Part shown: positions 10,507 through 21,648 of the stretch, piece after piece
Numbering within the stretch: position 1 is the first letter of the stretch
Layout: each line of letters starts with the position of its first letter
Source of the DNA: a virus
Lineage: Duplodnaviria; Caudoviricetes
DNA length: 64,000 bases
Reading direction: 5' to 3' (one strand)
Virus record (IMG/VR): IMGVR_UViG_3300021255_002539
Span: 256,001 to 320,000 of that record
Notes under the pieces: generated by a model
Databases searched by the model: none
The model's input: only the letters and a program-made list of their open reading frames with translations
Told to the model about the DNA's origin: nothing
Translations under genes and position numbers: made by a program

Positions 10507-13345
10507 TGTCGTTACCCCCTTCTTGTGGTTCGGATTCGCTTGACTCAGATTCGTCTGCCTTGTATATCAAGTGCTCTATTGCATCGTCGGATATTGTGGT
10601 GTCGGATTCGTATCCAGGGAATTCGAATATCTCGCTGTTCAGGAATTCTGACGTACCATTTGCCTTAACCCCAGGCGTGTCTTCAAGCAGGAACGACCAT
10701 GGGTGGTATACTCCATTGACCTACATCAGTGAATGCGAGTTTTCGTACATCTAGGCGCGACATTTGTGGAAGTCCAAGAAGAAGTCTATGATGGCGTTGA
10801 AGGTGGATTTCAAATCATTTGGTACATATATATCATGTAAATTGTAATCATTAAGTATTGATCTACTATTTCTTGGTTCAATAAACGCCACGAAGTACCT
10901 GTCTATCTCTGGATTTAGCTTTATGAATCCCAATTTATTCTTCTTGATGAATCGTTGAATAGCAATAAAGCTCTTTATGTATTCTATCAGCAAGGACCTT
11001 TCATTGTTCGTCCTATCTATTATGAATTTATTGCGGGTAATGTTCTTCTGCCAGCTTCTAATATCCTTGAACCACGGATTCACCATGTAGTGGAAGAGGA
11101 CATAGCAGTACACAAATGGGTTTTTTTTGACAGCTTCGTTTCTATCGGAACCCGCTGCAATTATCTAGTTGAATTCATTTGCGTCGCTTGTGTATTCATA
11201 TGCATTCCAATTGACAAAATCATTAACACCAAATGATAACAACGAAGTTCCAATGAAATAGATGTGTTTATTGTAGAACTCCTTCAATACCTACAGGTTT
11301 GCATTTCGTATATTTTCGATGTCGGCGTTTATATTGTTGTTCCCATAGGTGTAATCGGTGTCAACTATACCAAAATCTCCATACTAAACAACATCTCCGA
11401 CGCAGTTCCCGTTCTTGTTCCTGTATGTTTGACTATTGGCGTTGTCTGCCCATTGCAACATGTAGTTGGCGTTGAAGTCTTCAGATACAGTGACCAGGGA
11501 GTAGTCATTGTTGTGTACTTCTTTCTCGAACAACCCACCCGCGTAGTTCGAGTTGCATATTATGATGTAGTATTCGTTGTCTCGTTTTATCCCAAGCAGT
11601 TGCTATATATGGTCGTATGTCAGGTAATTGTTTTTATTGATGCTATAATTAACTCCCATGTATATTAGGTTAGATGATGATAAAACGACTTTTGTTTTAC
11701 CTTCTTGATCTTTCAATGATGGAGCATTTATGAACACGACCTTGAGGGGGCATTTGCACTCCTTTATCTGCTGTATCTTCTAGTCTATCGTCCATTCGGT
11801 CCATTCACTTTCGTTTTTGTACAAATACCCTTGTTCGCCGTATTTGGCGTCCAAAGCCGCCTTTATCTTCTTGTGCCAGGGGTTGTCCTCGTTCTTGTAT
11901 ATGTTTGAGGTGTCCAAGTCTGTTGTGCAGTTCAGCTTGAAGTACGCGCACTTTAGGGTGTCTTCAACATTGACAAATATTGGGAACAAGTTGAGACCAT
12001 CATCAGTAATGGGAACATCTCCTTGACCATTCTTTGTCGACACTATTATGCGCTTGTATTCTTCCTCGCCTTGTTCTGTGTCTTTGACGAATGCGAACAT
12101 GTTTGTGAAAACCAAGTCGGGTCTTCCTGGTATTACATATTTGATTTTATTCCTGAGCTTCTTTACATTATTTCGTGTCGTGATGTAGTATTGTGGATAT
12201 TGTGGGAAAGTATTTTTGCGCCAGTTGTTGTAGGATGGAAAGTTGAAGAACAACTGCCTTGGATATTCAATTGTTGGATTTGGTACATTGGCGATGCTGT
12301 CACAAAATGGCTTTTGCGATACTTTCATTTCCAAATTTCCTTGTGAATTTGGTTCATATTCCAACCTGAATGTGCAATATGGAATTGAGCATCTGCCATC
12401 TGATATTGCAACCAGTTCATCATATATGATGTCTATGGTTTTGCCTTTTATAGAATAAGGAGTTGGTGGAGAGAAATTATCGTTTTTTGGGTCCCATGAT
12501 ATTTGACAGCAATCGCAAAGGCAGTCATTTTCTCTATATAGGTTTTCTTGACGATGGAAGGAATAAGCAAATGGAGCATCATCGTACTACCATGCGTTAT
12601 TCCCAAATGGTATTTTCATGGGTTCTAGTATTCTTCGATTCGCAATAGTAGTATTATTGAAGTTGGCCATTTCAATTGGACCATTCAAGTCAACACTTCC
12701 CATGTCAATCACGGTATTGGTTACATCTTTTACTACAAGACCACCTACGATGGATTTTCCCGTAAACACGGAAGCAAGATAAAGGCTCATCTCGCTTTCT
12801 GGGGTGGTTTCATCATTATTAGAGCAATAGTAGAAGTTTGCGTTTGAATTAAAGTAATTTGGTTCGCCTCTTATTGTAATTGTAACATTATATTTAGTGA
12901 AACTTCTTGATATCTTTTCTTGTTCTTCCCATCGCTTTTTTGTAGTTGCCATCGTGGAGCCACACTCGATTACATAAGGTGATATTATCTTGCAATAGTT
13001 CTTTTTATATGTTCTTTTTATGTTTTGGTAATTGTTTGGAAATAATAGGTGATTAAATAAACCAAGGTTAATAGTGCTGTTGTCGGTATATGCGGTGGTA
13101 GTAGCTACACCATGTCTATCGTACTTAGTGTAAATTGTTGTTGTCTCCACATTTGCTTTGTCTTCATATATCATGCTTCCATTGTTTGGAATCAACAATA
13201 TATTGTCACCTGAGTAGTTAGGTGTGTCGTCTGTGTAGGTTTCTGTATAATAGTCACTTGCCCTGCATACATTTGCAAACAATCCATCAGGATAGATTAT
13301 CGTATAAGTTCCAGCCTGCCCATAAGATATAGTTTCACTTCCCAT
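10499..13345 (-). CDS. Large Asn/Tyr-rich hypothetical (putative virion/receptor-binding) protein, 948 aa (8 TAG)
   Basis: Frame read manually from 13345 to TGA 10499; it is interrupted only by TAG; AT-rich. Confidence 0.75.
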
Positions 13346-13359
13346 CTTTCAATCACCTC

Positions 13360-14475
13360 TCATTGGTTTTCCTGGATTATGAAGTAGAATGTGTGTTCGT
13401 CCTTGTTCTCCAGTTCGTTGTATTGCGCCTATGTCAGGAACTGCATGTTGTAGCTGGCCAGATTGCCGAGGTTCTGCACCTTGCGCTCCACCGCCCTCAC
13501 CCGGCTGTCGAGAGCCGAGTCTGCGTCCTCCCTTTGTTCCTGCTCATCCTCAATCATCTCCATCAGTTCAGAGTTTGCCTACGACGAGTGGCCACTTTCT
13601 CCACCACCTCCACCACTTGATGTCGAACCACCCGAACTCTCCAATGTGGAGACTCGGTTCTTCAAGCTGGACACATCCGTCTCAAGTGTCGACACCCTGG
13701 CTCCAATGGAGTTGACTTGACCTTGGATGTCGGTTTGGTTGCTTTGGAGGGTTTCGCAACTGGCGTACAGTGTGTTGAGTCCATCTACCTGGTTGTTCAG
13801 ACCAGCTATGCTTCCCCTGATGGCGTTCAAGTTGCTGTTGAATGTAGATGTCGTGACATATACGCCAGGATCCAGTTCTGTTCCTCCACCTTCTGTTCCA
13901 TTGCGTTCCAGTTCTGCCACTCTGCTTTCGAGGGATGTGACTGACCTGTTCATCGTTCTGACATCCACGCCAATGTTGTTAACGGTCCTTTGGATGGAGT
14001 TTACGCTGGAGGTCAAGGTGGATATGCGCCCATTCAATGTGGATACATCAGACTCCAATGTGGTTATCTATGCGTCAATTTCTGTGACATCCCCCTCCAT
14101 CAGCCCTGTAATGTCCTTCATGTCGGTGACATTGGCAGTGACCTTCTATAGCCTCTCGTACAAGGCGTCTGTCTCGTGGTTGTCCTCGTATTCCTGCATC
14201 TCCCTGGTTCTCAATGATCCATCCTTCACGAACACTCTGTACTTCGTGTCTGGGGAGTTCTCGTCGGTTAGGACGATGTGGTCCCAAGGCCCGTTGTACT
14301 TGCCCGCTACCTTCAGAACATATTCCTTGATCTTGGCGTATAGTTGCTTTGCCCTGATGTCGATGTAGGAATTGATGTAGGCTATGCAGCCCTGAAAGAT
14401 GTGTCCATGTCCGTGTGGGCATGCGCCTGGGTCGGTCTGCCCCGTAGTCAATGTGTTTTCGTCTGATTGCGCCAT
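13360..14475 (-). CDS. Coiled-coil fibre-like protein, 371 aa (4 TAG)
   Basis: RVSTLE heptad repeats; C-terminal LT*AQYNELENKDEHTFYFI matches the common phage LTQAEY..L..KD..T.Y.I motif. Confidence 0.8.
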
Positions 14476-14591
14476 TTCGATTTCACCTCGTCAATTGGGT
14501 ATGTCTATGCTATTTACCAATATAGAGGCGAAAAAGAAGCCATCCCAGGGCAGGATGGCATCTATTGAGGTGGAAGAGAATTATTGTGGTA

Positions 14592-15248
14592 TTATGTCAG
14601 GTCTCCAACAAATGTGACATTTACTGTGCTTCCGAACTTCGTTTGATATGCTGTCAAGTATTCAGATTTGACATGGCAACGAGTAGGGTCATTTTCATTG
14701 AAGTCGTCCTTGCCACTATCATCCCAGGTCAAGTTAGTGGGATTTGGATAGCAATAGACATCATTGACATCTGTGCACCCGTAGAACGCATCATACCCGA
14801 TGCTCGTCACGCCATCACCTATGGTGATGCTCGTAAGTCCGCTGCAACCCGAGAACGCAGAATCCCCGATGCTCGTCACGCTGTCCGGTATCGTGATGTT
14901 CGTAATACCATAGCAGGCGTTGAACGCAGCCTACCCAATGTTCGTCACGTTGTTACCAATCGTCACGCTCATAAGATCCCTACATAAGTGGAACGCATAC
15001 TGCCCGATACTCGTTACTGCGCTTCCAATTTCGACTTCTGCTGGATATTTTATCCACGATGGTTCTTGTTCTGTCCCACTTCCTTCTGGCATCAACCCAG
15101 CTGCTATTAATGCTGGGCAATCCATAGAATCTTCTATCAAGTAATCTCCTTCTGTTCCATCGACAAACTTGATGTGCGTCTCAGCCTTTACAATTGGTCC
15201 AGTAGTTATCGTTATGCTGTTCGCTACCAATTTGCTTATCGTAATCAT
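14592..15248 (-). CDS. BspA-type LRR protein, 218 aa (1 TAG)
   Basis: VTSIGQYAF / VTNIG*AAF / VTSIGDSAF / VTSIGYDAF repeats. Confidence 0.85.
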
Positions 15249-15255
15249 GTTGTTT

Positions 15256-15528
15256 TCACCTCGTTTGTTTTGTTGTATTATAGTTTTCCAATGCCCGGGC
15301 AATTTGGTCTGGGCAAGAAGTATCCCGATTTCCGCATTTGATTCCCTTCAGTACCTCAATTGCCTCGACCACCCGCATTCCCCGCATCAGACGAATCAAT
15401 ACCGTCAAGTAGCCATGACATCCACCCAATATGGCGATATTGACCAGAGTGTCGTCGCTCTCGTCAACATATACCTTCATCATGGATGGACATATGCCAC
15501 CCTACGGGATGTACTCAAATGCTGTCAC
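15256..15528 (-). CDS. TSCPD-domain (TIGR03905-like) protein, 90 aa (1 TAG)
   Basis: YIP*GGICP..GGCHG..GIKCGNRDTSCPDQIARAL. Confidence 0.85.
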
Positions 15529-15532
15529 ATAT

Positions 15533-15724
15533 CTATTTACAAAAAACTTGCGACAACATCACCGAGGTGGCTGCCAAGCAGCAGGTGAAGTTCAAGGCCG
15601 ACAAAGCCAACATCGCCCAATCGATGGCATCTCTTGCAGCATCCATCAAGTACAACTTCAATATCTTCCAGGCCCACAAGTTGACGAGAACCATCAGGAA
15701 CAGTGTAATGGCAGTAGACATCAC
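15533..15724 (-). CDS. Small membrane protein
   Basis: GGAGG SD, two hydrophobic segments. Confidence 0.5.
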   Translation of the reverse strand: MMSTAITLFLMVLVNLWAWKILKLYLMDAARDAIDWAMLALSALNFTCCLAATSVMLSQVFCK

Positions 15725-15745
15725 AATCCTCCCTCTTCCTACTGG

Positions 15746-16759
15746 TCAATCACCCATTTGCTGACCGTACTTCTTGACGAGATCCCAAATCTCGTTCCAG
15801 ACCTTCTGACCCTCGTCATACATCTTCTTGTAGTCCAGCATGTTGTATGTGCCCTCGATGAGATAGAAGTGCATGTCGTCGGTCATGGTTTTCTTGGTTG
15901 GTTCCTGGTCGTCAATCTCCTGGTTGAGGTAGAATGTATAGAGGTCAACCAAATGCGCAATGTGATCGTAGGTTTGCTTCTGGTGTTCAACTGCAAGTTT
16001 CTCGATTTCCTCAGCTTCGCTCCTGTCAGCATTCATCATAATCTGGTTCATGCGCTTTTCTATTTCCTCGTCAGAATCCATGGGGTACTTGTCGTGCAAG
16101 ACATCGTACATGAACACAGTGTTGATGCCACAACCCTCTTCGTTGAGCTTCTTGAGGTTGTACTTCAAGTCCCGAAGCATGTGCAGCTCCAAGGACCAGT
16201 ATTCATCCAAGGAATGACCGGTCTTTTTCCAATTCTTGCAGTTCCTTCTGTTCCACCGCCAATCCTTAAACTTGTTCTTTGGCTTCTCCCAGCAATACCA
16301 AGTCAGGCCATCCCAGAACTTGAGCCAAGTCCAAAGCAACCCCCGAATGACCTTGCAGGACGACAACCTCCTGATCCTGGCAATCTTCTTGACATATTTC
16401 TCTCGGTTGGTCAAGTCCTGGTCCTTGCGCATCTTCACCCGAACCTTCGCAATCCAGTCGATGAACACGTTGTCGACATCAGACGCCCCCCATGAGCATA
16501 TCCCATCGCAATGCCAAAGCCCAAAGTCAGAAAAGTCCCTCGACCGCCTTGGACGCCAATAGTATGTCCAACCATCGGACTGATGTTCTTCCCTATACCG
16601 CTTCGTGTATTCAATTGCCTCTGCGTAGGAATGGACCTTGAATGTGTCCACTACCTTGGCGTTTGGTTCGCCAAAGAAGTTGTATTCCCTTGTATCGGCA
16701 TCCAATATGCAGAACAACTCGCAAGTGGTTCTCGTGTCTCTCCAATTGCTTCCCTTCAT
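15746..16759 (-). CDS. Hypothetical protein
   Basis: 337 aa ORF, SD and TATAAT upstream. Confidence 0.7.
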   Translation of the reverse strand: MKGSNWRDTRTTCELFCILDADTREYNFFGEPNAKVVDTFKVHSYAEAIEYTKRYREEHQSDGWTYYWRPRRSRDFSDFGLWHCDGICSWGASDVDNVFIDWIAKVRVKMRKDQDLTNREKYVKKIARIRRLSSCKVIRGLLWTWLKFWDGLTWYCWEKPKNKFKDWRWNRRNCKNWKKTGHSLDEYWSLELHMLRDLKYNLKKLNEEGCGINTVFMYDVLHDKYPMDSDEEIEKRMNQIMMNADRSEAEEIEKLAVEHQKQTYDHIAHLVDLYTFYLNQEIDDQEPTKKTMTDDMHFYLIEGTYNMLDYKKMYDEGQKVWNEIWDLVKKYGQQMGD

Positions 16760-16853
16760 GATTCGTATTTCTCCCTTGAGGAATTATACATCAGACCAGA
16801 GGAACCGTAAAGCCTCTACATCAAGTTGACCATGCCATTGGGGAGAAGAACCT

Positions 16854-17375
16854 TCACGACAACTTCAATCTGTACTTTCCATTGCCAAGTTTTTTCACTG
16901 ACAGTCCCTTGATTTGCTTCAAAACCTCAAGTGTCTCGTCGTGTTCGTCAGTCGCCTCAGAGACAAAGCCCTTCAAGTCAATTGTCTCGACTTCCTCGAA
17001 TGGTCCGTATTTCCTGTCGAAGTCGTCGTCAAGTTCATAATTTCTCTTGCCAATGCTTGACTTGGATATGTTCCGAAGTCTGGTTGAGTTGAGGTTGTCA
17101 GTTTTCAATACCTTAACTGACTTGCACCCGCGCTTCTTCAACTGAGATAGCACGGCATCCTTGTCCCGTTTGGAAATCTTCAATATGGATGTTTTGCACA
17201 GAACTGGATTATACCCCAATTCCAGAAACATCGCGTTGTCGAACTTGCTCTTGATGTTGTCGTCGTCTTCAGATGTTTTCATGTCAGATTCGTCCTTTAC
17301 AGTTACATTGAACCCATATTTCTTGAATTTCCTTGCTTGCTCCTCAAACCACCCCTTGGATTTCTTTTCAGTCAT
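16854..17375 (-). CDS. Hypothetical protein
   Basis: 173 aa ORF in operon. Confidence 0.65.
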   Translation of the reverse strand: MTEKKSKGWFEEQARKFKKYGFNVTVKDESDMKTSEDDDNIKSKFDNAMFLELGYNPVLCKTSILKISKRDKDAVLSQLKKRGCKSVKVLKTDNLNSTRLRNISKSSIGKRNYELDDDFDRKYGPFEEVETIDLKGFVSEATDEHDETLEVLKQIKGLSVKKLGNGKYRLKLS

Positions 17376-17385
17376 TGGCTATGCT

Positions 17386-17790
17386 CTACACATCAAAGTC
17401 TCCCATGTCCCAGAGGTATTCCTTGTCGTCGTCGTTTCTTCGGTACAGGGTTATCTTCCCCAGGCGAAGGAATGGAAACGCCTTTGCTGGATATCGCTTC
17501 CCAATTTCCTTGGAGAGGGCATCCTTGATTTCCTCAAAGGATTTCCAATTGCCAAATTCTGGGTATTCAGTGCACCATTCGAGTTGGTCGTCGATGTCAG
17601 GGATGTTGCGAACCCACACGGATTCGGTGACGTCAGAATATCCACTGGCAAGGTAGACGATTTGCTTTGCCTCAAGTGTCCTGTGGATTTGCTCTTCTGT
17701 TGGCTGGTTTGGTTTTGACATGGCAATTTCCTTGTCCCCCTTGAAGTTGGGGATTGCCAATAGCGAATCAACGAATTTCCTGTTTGTCAT
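17386..17790 (-). CDS. Hypothetical protein (ends at TAG; read-through adds 6 aa)
   Basis: ORF with AAGGA SD. Confidence 0.6.
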   Translation of the reverse strand: MTNRKFVDSLLAIPNFKGDKEIAMSKPNQPTEEQIHRTLEAKQIVYLASGYSDVTESVWVRNIPDIDDQLEWCTEYPEFGNWKSFEEIKDALSKEIGKRYPAKAFPFLRLGKITLYRRNDDDKEYLWDMGDFDV

Positions 17791-17809
17791 GTCGGTTTCC
17801 TTTTGGTTG

Positions 17810-18325
17810 TCAATCTTCCAAGGCAAATGTGGTTTTGATGTACTCCAATGTGGTCATGCCAGAATCCAATGGTTGGCAGATGATGTCGATTAGGGAGTCG
17901 ATGGAGGAAGCGAACGATTCAGCCACAGCCATCCTCCTGTCCCTGTCCATCAAACCCTCAACATCGAACTTGCTTCTGATTACGCCCATTATCTCCTTTG
18001 GGTCGTCGTATTCGTAGTATTCGACCAGCCACTTCTGAAGGGTTTTCTTCTTGTTGACCTTGCCCTTGATGGTCATTCGCCGCAGGGCATCGACATAGTT
18101 CACCACCTCTGCAGACCAATGCTTGAATGTTGGATTTCCCTTGTCGAACAAGTGGCAGTACTCGCACAAGCACCAATGGGAAGCCAAGGTCATGCTCAGA
18201 CCATCCATTCTGTCGATGAACACCTTCAGGGGAGTGGACATCTCAAGCAGAAATTCTGGATGTCGTCCAAGAACCCGCTTGATGGTGGATTCTGAAGATT
18301 CGTTTGCTATGTCAATCCACTTCAT
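17810..18325 (-). CDS. Hypothetical protein
   Basis: 171 aa ORF behind a sigma70-like promoter. Confidence 0.7.
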   Translation of the reverse strand: MKWIDIANESSESTIKRVLGRHPEFLLEMSTPLKVFIDRMDGLSMTLASHWCLCEYCHLFDKGNPTFKHWSAEVVNYVDALRRMTIKGKVNKKKTLQKWLVEYYEYDDPKEIMGVIRSKFDVEGLMDRDRRMAVAESFASSIDSLIDIICQPLDSGMTTLEYIKTTFALED

Positions 18326-18360
18326 GATCTCTTTTTCTTGATATATCCCATATCGCCTAT

Positions 18361-18390
18361 ATTATAGCACATTCAGAGGGTTTCTGTCAA
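18361..18390 (-). promoter_or_regulatory. Sigma70-like promoter
   Basis: TTGACA-18 nt-TATAAT with TG extension. Confidence 0.75.
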
Positions 18391-18398
18391 GGGGGTTA

Positions 18399-19283
18399 TC
18401 AAATGATTCCAGTCTTGAACACCCCTATTGCAGAAGGTGGGGTGTTGTCTGATGTGAACAATCCATCTGGGTAGTTTGGATCTACCTTGAACCTGTTCTT
18501 GGATGGAATCTTGGATATGTCCACCTTGAGAATTGAATATGTTGCATCGGAATTGGCTTTGCCCTTTGTCTTCCTCAAGTTCGGCAACAATTGATGTTCA
18601 AGCATTTTGGGGTCAAGCCCAAGGTAGATTCTGTCAGGATATCTGAACATGACATTGGATGATTTTGGATTCAGCCCATTCTTCAGTATTTTATCCACCT
18701 TGGCATCAGTTGTGACATGGTAGAGGAACTTGATGCCCGAGAATCTATTCAACTCGAAGTCCTTGTCGCTGAACTTCGGCTCCAAAATGAACTTGAATAT
18801 ATGTCCACTGTTTGCCGTGGCGAGTATGTCTTTTTTGGAAATGAACAGTCCACAGAATTTACACACCAAGTCTATGGAATCTATAAACTCCTCTTGCCTT
18901 GTTTTTGCATCGTCGCACACATCATATATGAACATTCCTATCCTATACACACCAAGTTCGATTTTCGAGTAGATTCCACCGCAGTATTTATCAGAGAGAT
19001 CGTTGTCGGGGTAGTTTATGAAAATATACGATTTGTTGCTTGCTACCACATTTGAACTTCTCGATCCGGGTCTTGTCAAATTTATGATGTCTATTCCAAA
19101 CGCAGACTTGAATGTGCTTTGCAGACGCGCTATGCAAAACTCTGGGTTGTGGGTTTTTATCAAGCCCTCGTTGAAATACACCTTGTCGGTCCACGAAAAC
19201 GAGTCCAACCAGAAAGATGGGTGGAATCTCGCCTCCATGAAGGTCTTCCTTCTTGTCGTATAATTCTCATTAGTCATAATCAA
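18399..19283 (-). CDS. Protein with C-terminal ADP-ribosyltransferase-fold (Tpt1/DarT-like) domain
   Basis: LYHVT..KILKNGLNP..YPDRIYL..ILKVD..F.VDPN; homologous to 59135-60178. Confidence 0.6.
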   Translation of the reverse strand: MIMTNENYTTRRKTFMEARFHPSFWLDSFSWTDKVYFNEGLIKTHNPEFCIARLQSTFKSAFGIDIINLTRPGSRSSNVVASNKSYIFINYPDNDLSDKYCGGIYSKIELGVYRIGMFIYDVCDDAKTRQEEFIDSIDLVCKFCGLFISKKDILATANSGHIFKFILEPKFSDKDFELNRFSGIKFLYHVTTDAKVDKILKNGLNPKSSNVMFRYPDRIYLGLDPKMLEHQLLPNLRKTKGKANSDATYSILKVDISKIPSKNRFKVDPNYPDGLFTSDNTPPSAIGVFKTGII

Positions 19284-19366
19284 TAGTCCTCATATTGGTT
19301 TTGATCAGATGCTCCATGAAACTCCTATTTCGTGGAGCATTGTTCTCACTATTCACCAATTATACA

Positions 19367-19393
19367 AAAAGAGGTGGGTTGTTCCACCTCTTT
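19367..19393. terminator. Bidirectional hairpin terminator
   Basis: AAAAGAGGTGG-gttgtt-CCACCTCTTTT. Confidence 0.7.
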
Positions 19394-19420
19394 TCTTCCT
19401 CTCGCAATTGAAGCAAACCG

Positions 19421-20524
19421 TCAATCCAGTACTTCAATCAGTTTTGGTATAATCTCTCCTGACTTCAGGATCTTCACCTTCTTGCCAATCTCCACTCCAA
19501 GGGACTCCATCCAGGTGATGTTGTTTAGGGTGACGCGCTTGACAGTGGTGCCACAAAGCTGAATGGGTTCGAGCAGACCAACAGGCGTGAACTTGCCATT
19601 CGCAGAGGGAGTGCCCCAGTCGATGCCAATGAGGGTGGTTACGCCGACGCCCTGGTTGATTTTGAACGCCTTGCAGCCATCCGGGCGGTACTGGTCCTCG
19701 TTCCTCCATTCGGAATCGCAAATCACAAGTCCATCAGTCTCGTAGGGAAGCTCGTCCTGAGCGGTCTTGAAGAGCCAATCAACGATGTCATCCCCGCGCC
19801 AATCCTGTCCCTTGGGATTGACCAGAACATTGCTGGCAACATTGAATCCCATATCCCCAAGAATTTCAAACTGCTCTTCCTTGGCGTACTGGTTGCCAAG
19901 AATGGTGTAGGGGACGAAAGACACAAGCCTTGCCTCAGTCTCGTTGAACTTCTTGTCTCCATCCTTTCTATTGCAGATTCCTGCACATGCATTCCTCGGA
20001 TTGGCGTACTTGTCCTTGATGGTCTCGAAATCCTCGCGCATAATCACCAACTCGCCACGAATGGAGCCGGTGAAGTTGTCCCAAGCGCCGTGGGGGAGAA
20101 CTGAGGGAAGCCCCTTGACATACTTCGCCTTGGAAGTGATGTCCTGACCAAAGTAGCCATCTCCACGGGTCGTGAGGGAGACGAGTTTGCCATTGCGATA
20201 CTCGGCTCGGGAGGAAATGCCATCAACCTTCGCGGACACGGAGAGCATGTTCTTGACATTCTCCTTGATCCACTTCTTGACAACTTCCGGCTCCTCGGCC
20301 TTCACCTTCTCAAGGCTGCCCATTGTAAACGGATGCTTGACCTTGCCATCCATGTTCTTCTCGATGCTGCCCTCGTTCAGGGTTGAGACGAATGCCTCGT
20401 ACTCGTCCTCTGGCATGGATGCCTTGAGGGATTCGAGCAGGTCGTCGTATTCCTGATCCGTCATGGTGGGTGTTCCGCTGCGGTACGCCTTGTTCGCTTC
20501 AATTATCTGCTCTTTGATGCTCAT
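19421..20524 (-). CDS. ligA: NAD-dependent DNA ligase, N-terminal part (Ia, adenylation and OB domains)
   Basis: AYRSG.P.MTDQEYD, MGSLEK, KVDG, TRGDG, RGE, NPRNA, TDGLV, LEPIQL.GT.V..VTL.N, SGEIIP. Confidence 0.92.
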   Translation of the reverse strand: MSIKEQIIEANKAYRSGTPTMTDQEYDDLLESLKASMPEDEYEAFVSTLNEGSIEKNMDGKVKHPFTMGSLEKVKAEEPEVVKKWIKENVKNMLSVSAKVDGISSRAEYRNGKLVSLTTRGDGYFGQDITSKAKYVKGLPSVLPHGAWDNFTGSIRGELVIMREDFETIKDKYANPRNACAGICNRKDGDKKFNETEARLVSFVPYTILGNQYAKEEQFEILGDMGFNVASNVLVNPKGQDWRGDDIVDWLFKTAQDELPYETDGLVICDSEWRNEDQYRPDGCKAFKINQGVGVTTLIGIDWGTPSANGKFTPVGLLEPIQLCGTTVKRVTLNNITWMESLGVEIGKKVKILKSGEIIPKLIEVLD

Positions 20525-20551
20525 AATGTCTCCTATTTCAAGTTCACCAAT

Positions 20552-20581
20552 ATTATATCATATTCTTGTTGGCTTTGTCAA
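20552..20581 (-). promoter_or_regulatory. Sigma70-like promoter of ligase N-half
   Basis: TTGACA-18 nt-TATAAT. Confidence 0.75.
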
Positions 20582-20615
20582 CCCACCTTTGGGGGTTCCG
20601 CAAACTTCGTTTACT

Positions 20616-20840
20616 TCAACCTACCTTGTAGATGCTCTTCGATGTGAGTTGCATGATTCTAACAATATCTTTAATTACAACGCAACCCTTTGACAGACCT
20701 TCAACAACACCAAATGCCAATTCTGCGCTTCTTCCGAGCACGCCTCTTTTAATGTACACAACTGTGTCTCCAACATGAACAGGAGTTCCATTGAAGTCCT
20801 TGACCTCAGTAATCGGGGATTTCTTGCTTGCCATTGTCAA
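20616..20840 (-). CDS. Small hypothetical protein
   Basis: DFNG.P..VGD.VVY; AAGGG SD. Confidence 0.65.
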   Translation of the reverse strand: MTMASKKSPITEVKDFNGTPVHVGDTVVYIKRGVLGRSAELAFGVVEGLSKGCVVIKDIVRIMQLTSKSIYKVG

Positions 20841-20851
20841 TTCCCTTTCTG

Positions 20852-21181
20852 TTAGTTGAACTTGATGAACTTCTTCTTAAAGTCCTCGGAAGTCCAGATA
20901 TCAACGCGCCATTTCTCCCAATCGTTATACGCCACGACAACATCCCCAATCTTGACATGTTCAGGTCTGTTGAGCTTGACACCCTCTGACTTGTCCTTGA
21001 ATGAAAGAAACGCTGTTCTCATATTCCAAGACCAGGTCATGTTGAACTTCTTGGCGAACTCGTCAATCTCACCCGCGTTTTTAAGAACGTAGTAGGATTC
21101 TTTTCCATTCTGCCAAAACACCTGCTCTCCCTTGACCTTTACGGCGTAGTAGGTTGGGCTTTTCATCCTGTAGGTGTTCAT
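20852..21181 (-). CDS. Hypothetical protein
   Basis: 109 aa, AAGGAG SD. Confidence 0.7.
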   Translation of the reverse strand: MNTYRMKSPTYYAVKVKGEQVFWQNGKESYYVLKNAGEIDEFAKKFNMTWSWNMRTAFLSFKDKSEGVKLNRPEHVKIGDVVVAYNDWEKWRVDIWTSEDFKKKFIKFN

Positions 21182-21201
21182 TTAGTTTGCTCCTTCTTGC
21201 A

Positions 21202-21648
21202 TCAATCCAACGAGTTGTTGTATTCAATCAGTTCATCCACCTTGAGGTTCAGCTTCTGGATTTCCTCAAAGGAGGCCGGTTCTCCACCCTTGATGATGCT
21301 CGGCCAAATGTCGTCTAGCCAAATGTCGTTGTCAGCAACATGTTCAAGTGCCACCTTGTTGTTCAGAACGAAGTTGCGAAGCGCATTGGTGTCATCTTGG
21401 CTCAACTCACCAATGTCCTGGCAGTGGAGGTTTCCATCCAAGTCCATAGTCCCGAATCGCGACAGGTTCATTCGATTCCCATGGTCAAGCTGAAACTTCA
21501 CCATCTTGGAATGGCGACCCCTGATGTAGGTCTGGTTTTCGTCAATCCAGATGTTCATCGGCAGCTGGGTCTGAGCCTTGTTCTTGTTCGCCATTTCGCA
21601 AACAAGCGTAGCCTCGTCAATTGGAATCCAATCCGACATTTCAATCAT
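21202..21648 (-). CDS. Hypothetical protein, EMAN..LP.NIW family
   Basis: EMANKNK..LPMNIWID..RH..VKFQ. Confidence 0.7.
   Translation of the reverse strand: MIEMSDWIPIDEATLVCEMANKNKAQTQLPMNIWIDENQTYIRGRHSKMVKFQLDHGNRMNLSRFGTMDLDGNLHCQDIGELSQDDTNALRNFVLNNKVALEHVADNDIWLDDIWPSIIKGGEPASFEEIQKLNLKVDELIEYNNSLD

Noticed and set aside
11120-11130. Poly-A run as a frameshift site
   Set aside because: The frame stays open through it and no alternative-frame product is evident.
7761-15528. Decayed pseudogenes or sequencing errors
   Set aside because: Every interruption is TAG, in frame, with no indels or TAA/TGA, and a matching suppressor tRNA is present.
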